Assembly (NCBI GenBank): GCA_951406725.2
Contig: OX597817.1
Coordinates: 24,676,001 to 24,740,000, forward strand
Source: Octopus vulgaris
Lineage: Eukaryota
Length of the DNA: 64,000 nucleotides
Direction: 5' to 3'
The notes below the pieces were generated by a model. It was given only the letters and a program-made list of their open reading frames with translations, did not search any database and was not told the DNA's origin. This document shows, one piece after another, positions 1 through 11,460 of this stretch. How positions within the stretch are numbered: position 1 is the first letter of the stretch; every line of letters starts with the position of its first letter. The position numbers and the translations under genes are program-made.

Positions 1-440
1 CTTTCAAAACATCATATACACACTGCAATTGTTGAGCATACAGGTAAGCATTCACAGCCTGACGATCTGGGACAACAATCTCTCAAAATCCCACCAAATG
101 CACAACATGATCTTCTGTTCAAACCATTCCTGTTTGATAACAGGTTCTGAAATCTGGCTAGAATGAAGCCACTGATTTCTCATATTAGGTTTACAAAAAT
201 AGATTTACTTCCATCCTTAGTTTTAATTCAATGCCAACTCAAAAATGTTGTTGAGCCTAAGAATTGGTCGGTTCACGAGGAGCTTTTCAACAGTATTTAT
301 TCACAAGGCCAAGCTTATGGAGGTGTTGATTGATGGTACTTTGTGAAGGACCAAGATCTGCCAACAATGTACAATTACATGTGCTTGGCTGTTGTTCAGA
401 CATTTCAAGAAAGGCCTCACCTTCCACAACAGCAGGTAGT

Positions 441-625
441 GGAAGCGCAATGGCCCAGTTGTTAGGGCAGCGGACTCATGGTCGTAAGAACGCGGTTTCA
501 ATTCCCAGACCGGGCATTGTGAGTGTTTATTGGGCAAAAACACCTAAGCTCAACGAGGATCCGGTAGGGGTGGGGTTAACCCCACTGTACTCTTTTACCA
601 CAATTTTCTCTCACTCTTTCATCCT
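441..625 (+). mobile_element. tRNA-derived SINE (family distinct from the 7231 SINE)
   Basis: tRNA-like head with A-box-like TGGCCCAGTTG and B-box-like GGTTTCAATTCC, followed by a non-tRNA body. The 3' boundary is approximate. Confidence 0.6.
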
Positions 626-1338
626 ACTTCTGCCGCAAAGCAGAGGAACCATGGTGTAACCCACTATGGTGTGGTAAACTTTCAGACCCTAGATTGTGAA
701 TCCTTTGTACTCCCAGAATGGTTCAGCTCTCCACCCATTAAAAGCCACCATTTACAGAATGAGGATAACAATGTAGCTTTTGCCCCCATGCAACCGCCAG
801 TCTATCGCATGTGGTTGGTGGATCTTCAAGTTGCCACATGCATTCTTAGTAGCTTAGAGTAGACTCGAATTAGAGATTATTCTTTGTGCCTAATTGCATG
901 AGTCCTGATTGGAAGAAGAAGAAGAAGAAGACAATTGCAGGTCACTCTGACCTTGGTTTGTCTTTGAGGTTGGTTGGTGTCATGTACCTGAAAAGTCTAA
1001 ACAAGTTTTGTGCCACACTTTCATTGACAGCTCTTGGGCCTTCCTCATTATTAATTTATTTTGGCACTGCTCAAGACTCAGTCCATTTTCCCCACAAGTT
1101 GCGCAAAATTATTCTAAATGCAGTTTTCTCACTACACATTATCAAAGCCACAAAATAAAGAATAAACAATTCAGCAACTATTGGACAACAAGCTATATCA
1201 AATTAATGATATAACATGCAGATACAATTTGCCAAAAATCATCAGTGAAAATCAGATAAAAAAAAAACCTTGACTCAGCTTGTTTTATGTGTGTGCACAC
1301 ATGTGTCATTCTCTCTGTATACAATTATATATACAAGC

Positions 1339-1434
1339 ATACATATGTATATATATATACATATATATATATATATTTATATATATATACATATACATAT
1401 ATATATATACATACATACATATATATATATATAC

Positions 1435-1471
<37 letters not shown>

Positions 1472-1526
1472 CATACATACATACATATATATATATATAT
1501 ACATACATACATACATATATATATAT

Positions 1527-1559
<33 letters not shown>

Positions 1560-1797
1560 TATATACATACATACATACATATATACATACATACATATAT
1601 ATACATACATACATACATATATATATATATGCATACATACATATATATATATATATGCATACATACATATATATATGCATACATACATATATATATGCAT
1701 ACATACATATATATATGCATACATACATATATATATGCATACATACATATATATATGCATACATACATATGTATATATATATATATATATATATATG
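1339..1797. repeat. Compound (TA)n/(TACA)n microsatellite with a ~20-bp higher-order unit (atgcatacatacatatatat) in its right half
   Basis: Read directly from the sequence; it accounts for the six YI/HT-rich ORFs here. Confidence 0.95.
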
Positions 1798-2430
1798 ATT
1801 CAGTCTCTATTGCATCGCTTGTACAAGCCATGCACTTGAAAGCCATAAGTGAAATCAACATTTTTAGCTAATGAAATTTCTTGCTATGATTCACTTGAAA
1901 CTCAATTACAATCTCCCGTCCTCCCCTCTCTGTCCATCTATCTCTCACACATGCACATACACACAACCCACTCTGTGATGACAACATCATACTATAGATT
2001 TATATTTACCCACTTTATTGGACAGAATGTTTACATTAAACAATATAATGAAGCAGGAAAAAAAAATCGCTAAAAGTTTGTAACTAAATAAGCTGAATAG
2101 GTAGTAGCTGTTACTATGGCTGTTTTATGATATGTCAGTCTTAATTGAGAAAACAACACACACAAAAAACAAAGCAAGAGCAGATACATACATAAACAAA
2201 CTGATAGTAACATTCCTACCAGTTTTCTGCCATAACCAGTAATATACTGAGGGACATTACGAAAGAAAGTGGTACTCAGAACTTTTGATAGGAATTACAT
2301 ATATCATTTATTACATCTGTTATGCAATTCTTCTCTAGATACCTGATGAGACAGGTTGGTCTATCAGCCTATGAAGCCTGAAGCTGCATAGAGCTGAGAC
2401 ATATCGTTATTATATATATATATATATATA

Positions 2431-2670
2431 ATATTAATTCGAGACAAAACCACTATTTTGCAAATCAAACAATACATAAAAATTTATTTATTTATTTATT
2501 TACTTTATATTAAAATTTTTATGTATTGATTAAGTCTTTCCTTGTTTGATTTGCAAAATAGTGGTTTTGTCTCGAATTAATATTATATAATATTTTACTA
2601 TAAAATTGGATTTAATCCTAAATCTGATTTTTTCCCTGTAAATTTGGATTTATTCCCTAATATTTATTAT
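2431..2670. mobile_element. Foldback (hairpin + asymmetric tail) element in a (TA)n tract
   Basis: Inverted arms of >40 bp at ~2431-2472 and ~2542-2583, then tail tttttccctgtaaatttggatttattccctaatatt. A homologous element lies at 8461-8740. Confidence 0.7.
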
Positions 2671-2693
2671 TATATATATATATATATATATAT

Positions 2694-2838
2694 AGGCACA
2701 GAAGTGGCTGTGTGGTAAGTAGCTTGCTTACCAACCACATAGTCATGGGTTCAGTCCCAGTGTCTTCTACTATAGCCTCAGGCAGACCAAAGCCTTGTGG
2801 GTAGATTTGTTAGACAGAAACTGGAAGAAGCCTGCTGT
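2694..2838 (+). mobile_element. tRNA-derived SINE, 5' fragment (same family as 7231-7650)
   Basis: Matches the 7231 head (gtggctgtgtggtaagtagcttgc...gggttcagtccc) with an internal deletion. Confidence 0.8.
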
Positions 2839-2839
2839 A

Positions 2840-3880
2840 AACAATTCAAAATTATTTACGTGGCCAGAACATGCAATGAAAACATTTTTTTCATAAAAGA
2901 AGAGTGTATAATTGTGAATAAATCACAATTATAATAGAGCGGGTTATAATAACCCTTACATGTCTAGAAATAGCAGTGAAAACCATCATAAAGCCAAAAT
3001 AACCACTTGTATTATATCTCCTCAACAATAAAAGCTGTTGGCGAATGCCATAACATAACATATATCAAAACTTAAATCAAAATATAAGGTTAGCTCTCTG
3101 TTGTAATTTCAAAGTTAGGAACCAAAAGTGGATCCATTCTTCTTGTTAGGCGAACGTTCTTGTTTATAGAAATTAACACAAAAAACAAAGCCTGGGGCTT
3201 AACATGTGTCCCGACCAGCATATATGTGTTAAAGTCTATCTACACAATTAAAAATTCTTAATTCAAACCCTCCCCATTATAATTGTGATTTATTCACAAT
3301 TATACACTCTTCTTTTGTGAAAAACTTCATTGATTGCAATGTTTTGGCCATTGATATACTCGTAAATAATTTTAAACTACTTACGATATATCCTGCGTAA
3401 TATATTCTTACATTTATTCCTCTTTTATTTATTGTTCACTCATATCCAGTTTTTCGCTGTGGCTTGTTGAACTGGTCTCTTCTTATAAGCGCTGTGCATG
3501 ACATTTGGATTCAGAATTTGAATTGTGTAGATAGACACTAACACATTACTCTTGCTGGTCGGGACAAATGTTAAGCCCCAAAGTATGCTTTTTGGGGTTG
3601 ATTTCTATGTACAGGAACGTTCCCCTGAAGAGATGAATAGATCCACTTTATGGATCTACTTTTGGTTCCTAACTTCGAAATTGCAATAGAGGACTAACCT
3701 TTTCTTTTTATTTAAATTCTGAATTTTTGTCATGTCACTCACTGACAGCTTTTATTGTTGAGGAGATATATGAATGGTTATAGTGGCTTTATAGTGATTT
3801 TGACCGCTATTTCTAGACATGTATGGGCTTTTATAATCCTCTCTGTTATAACCGTAATTCATTCACAATCATACTCTCTG
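2840..3880. mobile_element. Large imperfect inverted/permuted repeat, probably a Penelope-like pseudo-LTR remnant
   Basis: About 2900-3260 is the reverse complement of ~3512-3878, and ~2848-2935 is the reverse complement of ~3276-3375. It contains a hammerhead-like motif at 3620-3693. Confidence 0.6.
3620..3693 (+). ncRNA. Candidate minimal type I hammerhead ribozyme
   Basis: ttccc-CTGAAGA-stem II-GAAA-TTGCAA-TA-gagga: canonical core, palindromic short stem III (ATTGCAAT), AUA cleavage triplet, one mismatch in stem I. Confidence 0.55.
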
Positions 3881-4615
3881 ATATATATATATACATAGAT
3901 ACCTAGCTAGCTAGCTAGCTAGATAGATAGATAGAAAGGTAGCTATATACATATATATACATATGCAAATATATACGCACACACACACATATACATACAT
4001 ACATACATACATACATACATACACCCTCTCTGAAATCAGAGATAATCTCAATAAATCAAGAATTAATCTTTATGTCATGTATGCATATACAATGATATTT
4101 GACATATTTGGGTACACTCAAAAGAGGGAATAATTTTCAATGTATAAATAGTTTGGGAAGAAATTTTAACTCTTAGATAACATAAATGAAAACACATTTG
4201 GCTATGAATGACATCATTGGAGCATGGGAGGCATGTGTTTCTATATTCTTATGTGTCTTACATGCTGCTTTGTGTGACTTCATTTAATTATTCCCAGCTT
4301 GACCAAGCTTTATGCACATTATTAAATTAACTGTTTGTTCTTCTTATATATCAGAACTGTCTTTCTGTTAGAGCAGCGAATAGGGAATTTGGCATTCGTG
4401 GCTTCTCACATGTAACAATGCAGAAACACAGGCTTCCCATGAGCTGATGACATCAGTCGTGGCTCAATGTACTTTTACACATGTTGTCTGAAAGACAAAA
4501 TTTCTTCCAAGACTATCTCTGCAGTGAAAGGTCTTTTCACATTTGAGAGCATATAAACATGTTAAATATTACTGTGCATACATATATTTATCCAACTCAT
4601 ATCTATATCTATGTT

Positions 4616-4670
<55 letters not shown>

Positions 4671-4745
4671 GTATACACATATTCATACATAAATATATAT
4701 ATATAGACATGTATACACATATACATACATATATATGCTTACACA

Positions 4746-4950
4746 CTCTTTACTCATTTACCTATTTCAGTTATTCGACTTTGGTCATGTTGGAGCACCA
4801 CCTTCAGTCGAGCGAATCGACCCCAGGACTTATTCTTTGGAAGCCTAATACTTATTCTATCTGTCTCTTTTGCTGAACCACTAAGTTACGGGGACATAAA
4901 CACACTGGCATCGGTTGTCAAGCGATGTTGGGGTGGGGGACAAACATAGA

Positions 4951-4960
<10 letters not shown>
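4746..4960 (-). mobile_element. tRNA-derived SINE, 3' half (same family as 7231-7650)
   Basis: Reverse complement of ~7430-7650 (e.g. gtcgagcgaatcgaccccaggacttattcttt vs aaagaataagtcccggggtcgatttgctcgac). Confidence 0.85.
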
Positions 4961-5018
<58 letters not shown>

Positions 5019-5049
5019 ACACAGCCACTTCTACACCTATGTATATATA

Positions 5050-5790
5050 TATAGAAGGCATGAGGAGTTTAGGTCAAGCTGTCTCAGCCTATTAGGTATG
5101 CCTGCTGAGGCTCAAATAGACATGCCACCTAAATTCTAGTTAGAACAGAGGTTGAAGTTGTGGTTGTGTGAATATCTTGTTCAGATATAGCTAATGGTGG
5201 ATCCCCTTTAAGTCAGTAGGTATAGATGAAAGTAATGAGGAAAGGCAAACAATTAGTCAAAGCAGGACAAGGACAAGTGATTTTATTTAATTCAATCTAA
5301 AAATTTAGCTACAAAACGAATGGTAAAAATAGTACAAAGTGGTAAAGATAGTCTCTGACAGCTGTTTCAGGGATATCCCAGCTATTGGAGCTTCATATCA
5401 AGCAAAGACTCTATAAGCCCGATATTCTGGCATCAGAGAAATATAGGTTAGACTGTGGAAAGATTGCTCCTCATCAATGATATTCATTGTGGTTCATTAT
5501 GTTCAGGAAGGTAGGAGTATCCAATTAAATCTAGTTCGTTCAGGTCTTGTTTAGGTAAATCTATGATCAGAAAGAGTGGTTAGGTAGTACATAGAAGAAG
5601 TGAGAAGATGGAAAGAATTGTTATGCAGTACACCATATTGAGGGAAAATGAAACTGGTTGCTAGCAGATCTAGCGTTGTGGATGGAATGAAGATACATTC
5701 TGGTGAGTGCAAAGATAAAAAGGTAAGAGGTATGTATTGGATATATATTGTTCTGTATTTTGAAGAGTATTCACTCCAAAGGGAAATACA
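5050..5790 (-). mobile_element. Probable Penelope-like element 3'/pLTR remnant
   Basis: Lies downstream (minus strand) of the Penelope-like RT remnant, carries a hammerhead-like motif and ends at a (TA)n tract. Boundaries are uncertain. Confidence 0.4.
5352..5441 (-). ncRNA. Candidate variant or degenerate type I hammerhead ribozyme
   Basis: Minus strand reads tttct-CTGATGC-cagaatatc...gatatccct-GAAA-CAGCTG-TC-agaga. Palindromic stem III and GUC triplet are present; core A9 is C. Confidence 0.4.
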
Positions 5791-5792
5791 TA

Positions 5793-6205
5793 CATCATCA
5801 TCATCATCATTTAACGTCTGTTTTCCGCGCTAGCACGGGTTGGATGGTTCGACCGGGGTCTGAGAAGCCAGGAGGCTGCACCAGGCTCCAGTCTGATCTG
5901 GCAGTGTTTCTACAACTGGATGCTCTTCCTAACGCCAACCACTCCACGAGTGTAGTGGGTGCTTTTTACGTGCCACCGGCACAGGTGCCAGGGGAGTCTG
6001 GCAGCGGCCTCGATTGGTTGGTGCTTTTAATGTGCCACCGGCATGGAAGCCAGTCAAGGCAGCGCTGGCATCAGCCACATTCGGATGGTGCTTTTTACGT
6101 GCCACCGGCACGGAAGCCAGTCGAGGTGGCGCTGGCATCGGCCACGTTCGGATGGTGCTTTTTATGTGCCACCGGCACAGGTATCACAACTATTATTTCC
6201 ATTGA
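5793..6205 (-). mobile_element. RTE LINE 3'-UTR fragment (5'-truncated) with (TGA)n tail
   Basis: Homologous to 60183-60650 and 8947-9200; internal ~58-bp subrepeats (gtgccaccggcac...). Confidence 0.85.
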
Positions 6206-6224
6206 CATTTATTTATATAAATAT

Positions 6225-7225
6225 ATAATGATTCTGACATCGAGGTCACTTATGCTGGTGAATTGCTCAGCAAAATTTCAAGCCTTCAGGAGGAGAGGTT
6301 TTGATATGGAAGAGTAGAAATCAGCAATGCCAAACCATGTGAATCTGTAAGATGATTTATTCTCAATACCGCAGAACCAGATGATCACAGCTACACTGGA
6401 ATCCCACTGAGGCAGTCTTGTAGCCCTTCTGATGTAAGTGTTGATGGTATCAAGAATACACTTGCTAATAAAACCTATCTCACTTTTGGAGGGGTTGATC
6501 AGCCTGCATTTGGGATTGGAGAGGAAGTTGGGCTTATGGTCCTTAATTTTAACATGTGAAGGTCACGTGGCAAGGTGGACCATGCAATCTGCTATATTAA
6601 GGCAGATAGCTAGCTCTTTTGCTTCTGTGTTTATGTCATTGAATGTGGAGTTGTGGGGTTTTTGTATGTCATGGTGATGGTGTTTGTGAGGACTCTTGCA
6701 TGTATAGGGATGTTTGTTTCATGAGTGTTCTTTGATTAGTCTGTGAGGATTTGCAGGTGAGGTGATTGTTTAATTCTGGCCATGTAGTCATTTAAAGACT
6801 TAAGGAAGGGGTTAGAATGATGCTGAAATCTCACCTTCTTTATAATGTTCCAAGTGTCCATTTTGAAAGTTTTGAGGTCCTTCATAGGGGGTGAAGCCAA
6901 ACTTGTTGGTGGATGGGTTCTCATAGAAGAAAGCCTTGCAGTGCATACACTTGATGATGCTTTCAGTTTTTTCGATGAATCATGTCAAATAAATTTTCAA
7001 TTTGCAAATTGGGATGCTGGTACAAGGGAAAACAAGAAGTTAGATGCAAGAATTTCCCTTTCCATATTTTGCATGTCATTTTTTGTTATTTCTCTTGCAA
7101 CAACATCCTGATTTGCAAATTGAATAGACCATGTGCTCAGAGCCTGAAAATTGCTTGGAGACACAATGTCTGTTATAAAAACCTGCTTATACTCATGTCA
7201 CCAAAGCAAGAAATTATTACTAGCT
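6225..7225 (-). pseudogene. Penelope-like element reverse transcriptase remnant (stops and frameshifts)
   Basis: Manual minus-strand translation gives KIKDHKPNFLSNPKCRLINPSKSEIGFISKCILDTIN...LPQWDSSVAVIIWF...FGIADFYSSISKPLLLKA*, matching the Penelope-like RT N-terminal motifs (KxHK, RLI, FDIxxFYPSI). ORF 6736-6924 is the upstream part. Confidence 0.75.
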
Positions 7226-7230
7226 CCTAT

Positions 7231-7650
7231 CGCAGGAGTGGCTGTTTGGTAAGTAGCTTGCTAACCAACCACATGGGTCCGGGTTCAGTCCCACTGCGTG
7301 GCATCTTGGGCACGTGTCTTCTGCTATAGCCCTGGGCCGACCAATGCCTTGTGAGTGGATTTGGTAGACGGAAACTGAAAGAAGCCTGTCGTATATATGT
7401 ATATATATATAAGTGTGTGTGAATATGTTTGTGTGTCTGTGTTTGTTCCCCTAGCATTTGCTTGACAACCGATGCTGTTGTGTTTACGTCCCCGTAACTT
7501 AGCGGTTCGGCAAAAGAGACCGATAGAATAAGTACTGGGCTTACAAAGAATAAGTCCCGGGGTCGATTTGCTCGACTAAAGGCGGTGCTCCAGCATGGCC
7601 GCAGTCAAATGACTGAAACAAGTAAAAAGAGTAAAAAAGAGTAAATGAGT
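7231..7650 (+). mobile_element. Full-length tRNA-derived SINE
   Basis: A-box-like TGGCTGTTTGG, B-box-like GGTTCAGTCCC, central TA/TG microsatellite, and 3' tail of agtaaaaaag repeats. Two other partial copies are in the window. Confidence 0.85.
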
Positions 7651-8239
7651 ATCTTCATACTGGTTACATCAAATCATACATATGTATATATAAGATCCAT
7701 GAATCGAGATATAAGAAGGAAGTTAGCTTCAAACAATCCGTAGTAAATATAAAAAAAACAACTTTCAGGGTCAATAGTGATTTATTGAGATGGAAGGTTG
7801 TGGATTTTTCGTATCGAAGTATGATAAACTGAAAATAGATCTTTTTTTATATTTCACAGTAGGCGACCAGGGTTGTCGGGTATGCAAATAAAGATACAAG
7901 GGTTAAGGAATGGAAACAATAAAATCTGGGTTACTGGAACCTCCAAGGTTCTTATTGACTCCATTCCTTAATTCTTGTATATATATATATATATATATAA
8001 TTTCACCCCTATTTCTATAAATAGAAATTCTTTCTTGTCTCCTTTCAATTGATCATTCTTCACAAAACTTCTAACAGTTCAAAACAACTGAATATTCTGA
8101 ATATTCTTCAGCCAGTTGATAAACTCTACAACCTTAATGTTCTTAAAATTTAAATCGACATCTTTGTCTATATATCTACTTTCTCTATAATGTTATCAAT
8201 TGATATGAAAATCATGTATTAATGGAAAACCTCTATTAA

Positions 8240-8323
8240 TGGCTGATGATTGCTCAACATTTTAAAACTGTTGTAATACTTACAACATTTAATAAAATGA
8301 TGTAGCATGAAACGATTGTACCA
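8240..8323 (+). ncRNA. Candidate minimal type I hammerhead ribozyme with long stem II
   Basis: tgg-CTGATGA-t-tgct...agca-t-GAAA-C-gatt-G-TA-cca. Stem II is extended by caacatttta/taaaatgatg and tgttgtaa/ttacaaca; cleavage triplet GUA. Confidence 0.55.
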
Positions 8324-8433
8324 AATTACCGAAGTTATTCTTGTTGCTTATTTTGATTATAATCACCCCATGGATTTATATGGATAACACCATCTAACTT
8401 AAGTACCATATTCATTTGAATTAGATTTTGCTG

Positions 8434-8460
<27 letters not shown>

Positions 8461-8468
<8 letters not shown>

Positions 8469-8740
8469 TAGAGGAAAACCACTATTATGTAATTTAATCA
8501 ATGATAGACATAAAACATATCATATAGAAAAAATATAATATATGATAAAACATTTAGATTAATGCTTTATCATATGTTTTATTTTTATATGATATGATTT
8601 ATGTCTATCATTGTTTGAATTACATAATAGTGGTTTTCCTCTAATTTATATATATTATATATTTATATTGTGAAATTTGATTTACTACTAAATTGAATTT
8701 TTCCCTGTAAGTTTGGAGTTATATTCCCTAATATTATTAT
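8461..8740. mobile_element. Foldback (hairpin + asymmetric tail) element, same family as 2431-2670
   Basis: Arms aaattagaggaaaaccactattatgtaatt / aattacataatagtggttttcctctaattt with paired interior; shared tail tttttccctgtaagtttggag...ttccctaatatt. Confidence 0.7.
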
Positions 8741-8742
8741 TT

Positions 8743-8925
8743 GTGCCGGTGGCACGTAAAAAGCATCCACTACACTCACGGAGTGGTTGGTGTTATGAAG
8801 GGCATCCAGCCGTAGAAACACTGGCAGATAAAACTGGAGCCTGCCGCAGTCTCCTGGATTCCTAGACCCCGGTCAAACCGTCCAACCCATGCTAGCATGA
8901 AAAGCGAACATTAAACGATGATGAT
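8743..8925 (+). mobile_element. RTE LINE extreme 3' end
   Basis: Ends in ccaacccatgctagcatg...aaacgatgatgat; reverse complement of the 3' ends at 5793, 8947 and 60183. Confidence 0.85.
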
Positions 8926-8946
8926 ATATATATATATATATATATA

Positions 8947-9785
8947 TCATCATCATCATTTAGCATCCACTTTCCATGCTAGCATGGGTTGGATGGTTCA
9001 ACTGGGGTCTGGGAAGCCAGAAGGCTGCACCAGGCCCAGTCTGATCTGGCAATGTTTCTACGGCTGGATGCCGTTCCTAACCCCAACCACTCCGTGAGTG
9101 TAGTGGGTGCTTTTTACGTGCCACCGGCATGGGGGCCAGGCGAGCCTGGCAACGGCCACGTTCAGATGGTTTGCTTACGTGCCACTGGCACTGGTATCAC
9201 AGCAACAATCTACATTGATGTTGATCGATTTCGATTTTGATTCTCACTTGCCTCCAACAGGTCTTCACAAGTAGAGTTTTGTGTCCCAAGAAGGAAAGAT
9301 ATGCATAAATGGACTGGCTACATCCCAGGTAGAAGCCACGGGTTTTGGTCTCACTTGTCCTGCCGGATCTTCTCACGCACAGCATACTTCCATAGGTCTC
9401 GGCCTCTAGTCATTTCCTCGGTGAGACCTAAAGTTCAAAGGTCGTGCTTCACCACCTCATCCCAGGTTTTCCTGGGTCTACCTCTTCCACAGGTTACCTC
9501 AACTGCTAGGGTGTGGCACTTTTTCACACAACTATCTTCATCCATTCTTGCCACATGACCATACCAGCGCAAACGTCTCTCTTGCACACCACAAATGATG
9601 CTTCTTAGGTCCAACTTTTCTCTCAAGGTACTTACACTGTCGAGTATGAACACTAACATTACACATCCATCGGAGAATACTGGCTTCATTTCTTGCGATC
9701 TTATGCATATCCTCAGCAGTCATGGTCCATGTTTCACTACAATGTAGCATGGCTGTTCGTACACATGCATCATACAGTCTGTCTT
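8947..9785 (-). mobile_element. 5'-truncated RTE LINE (frameshifted ORF C-terminus + 3' UTR + (TGA)n tail)
   Basis: ORFs 9538-9750 and 9435-9689 (SETW, RRLRWYGHV, GRGRPRKTW) match the C-terminus of the 62748-63917 ORF. Confidence 0.92.
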
Positions 9786-9819
9786 ATGTATATACATATG
9801 TATTATTTATAATATATGT

Positions 9820-10372
9820 CAGGTCACTTTTGAGTGCTACTGGTAACATGTAACCCAGTACAACCTGTTGCATAGTCGGATCGTCGGCGACTAAACTGGC
9901 AACCCAACCAAGCTTGCTTGTTGAGGAGGGTGTTTATTGGACACCCTGCGGGATGAAAAACAAAACCCATCAAAGGGTGAAGGAACTCTTGAGAGTCAAC
10001 GGCCATCCAATAAAAGTCTTATGGCTGTATCATGCGCAGGGACATAGAAATAATCAGACTGAATACCCGATCACACAGTTAAACCATTGAGAGTGAAGGA
10101 CTCCTAGCCTTTGTTAGGGCATCCTTCTAGGAGAAGGTAACTCAGGTAACTGGGATAACTCCAACATTAAATCTGCGGCTCAGTGATTACCGATGATGTT
10201 GACTTCTTCTTCTTTTCGGATTATGGTTGCTGTTGCTTAGTGAGTGGGATTGACTCAGTGCACAGCCTTTCCTCACTTTAAAAAATCTTCTTGCACAGGC
10301 ATTGCACGATAACAACATTGATTAAGCTTCATGCAATGGCCATACTCAATAATGAGGGGGCAGCCACCATTA
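9820..10372 (+). mobile_element. Probable non-autonomous RTE-derived element (5'-UTR-like)
   Basis: GC-richer block in AT-rich flanks with a ggcatccttctaggagaaggtaactc motif reminiscent of RTE 5' UTRs and an HDV-like fold at its 5' end. Family assignment is from recall. Confidence 0.4.
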
Positions 10373-11289
10373 TAATATGTTTGTGCATTTCAGTATTTAT
10401 AAGACAGTGAAAGAAAGAACTTGAAGATAACTGAATTTTAAATGCTTTCTAATATCTATATATATTTTATTTTATTTTATATCTCATCATCTTTGTGTCA
10501 TCCTTTAATCACATTTTGTGTGACTGCAAGTACCGTAGCTGCTTAAGTGTTGGGTGTTGGCATGTTTTTGTTTTGTTCAATATATGACTTATCCTTTTAT
10601 CTCTTACATTATTATAGTATTTCTTTGCCGGTATATGGGAATTGTTTCATACAACTATCTTTCTCTGTGTACATGTGTGTGTGTGTGTGCATTTGATGCC
10701 TTGTTGCTTATATGATAGTGTTTTTTGTATGACTCTTTGAAAATAAGCAATAACATGTGCTAGAATAAGAGGATAAAGAAAATAATAAGTAATAGAAATA
10801 TAAACAAATAAATAAAATAAACCAACAGTAGTAGTAAACAGTCTGTGAGAAAAGCAAAATATTCCACTGTCACTTGACTGAGAAAAAAATTATTATTTCC
10901 CAAGATATAGCCTATAGAAAAGAAAAGAAAAAGTACATTCGACATTAAATAAAATCATTATTTGATGAAGTTCATGTAGCATTGGAATATAAACTATAGC
11001 CATAAAATCTTTGATTCAGATATTTTATCACTTCCCCATAAAATAGCCACACAAATTGAAGATGACAAAATGTTTCTGATATGGCACATAAAATAAAGAT
11101 ATCTAATAGTAAAAGTTGATAAGAATTTACATAAAGTGAGAAGGAAGTCACGTAAAAAATATGGAAGCAGAAACAGCAAAAATATAAAGAAGAAAACAAA
11201 TCAATAATTTGCATTTATAGCAATGATGTAAAGAGACGACTGCAGTATACGGTTTTCTCAAACAATGCACCAAAACTTTTCGAATTTGT

Positions 11290-11460
11290 TGCTAATGATG
11301 ATGATAATGTTAGCGGTGATGATAAGGGTGATTACTGTGGAGGTTGTGGTAAGGCCGATGATGATAATGACCGTGATAATCATGTTAATGATGATGAGAA
11401 AGATGAAAGTAATGCAGATGCATATTGCAAGCATGTATATTGTTGTTGTTGTTGTTGTAT
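11290..11460. repeat. Degenerate (GAT)n/(TTG)n low-complexity tract
   Basis: Read directly from the sequence. Confidence 0.8.

Noticed and set aside
441-515. tRNA gene (also at 7231)
   Set aside because: No complete cloverleaf or acceptor stem; continues into a SINE body.
1-1260. Host gene exons or short ORFs
   Set aside because: No recognisable protein motifs or consistent exon chain; a small real exon cannot be excluded without RNA data.
1270-1871. Long YI/HT-rich ORFs
   Set aside because: Translations of TA/TACA microsatellite; the same applies to 4559-5139 and 59312-60001.
2343-2395. CTGATGA hammerhead-like start
   Set aside because: Followed by GAAG rather than GAAA, with no convincing stems I or III.
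4444-4491. C/D-box snoRNA-like TGATGA...CTGA
   Set aside because: Boxes only ~45 nt apart, no clear terminal stem or recognisable guide.
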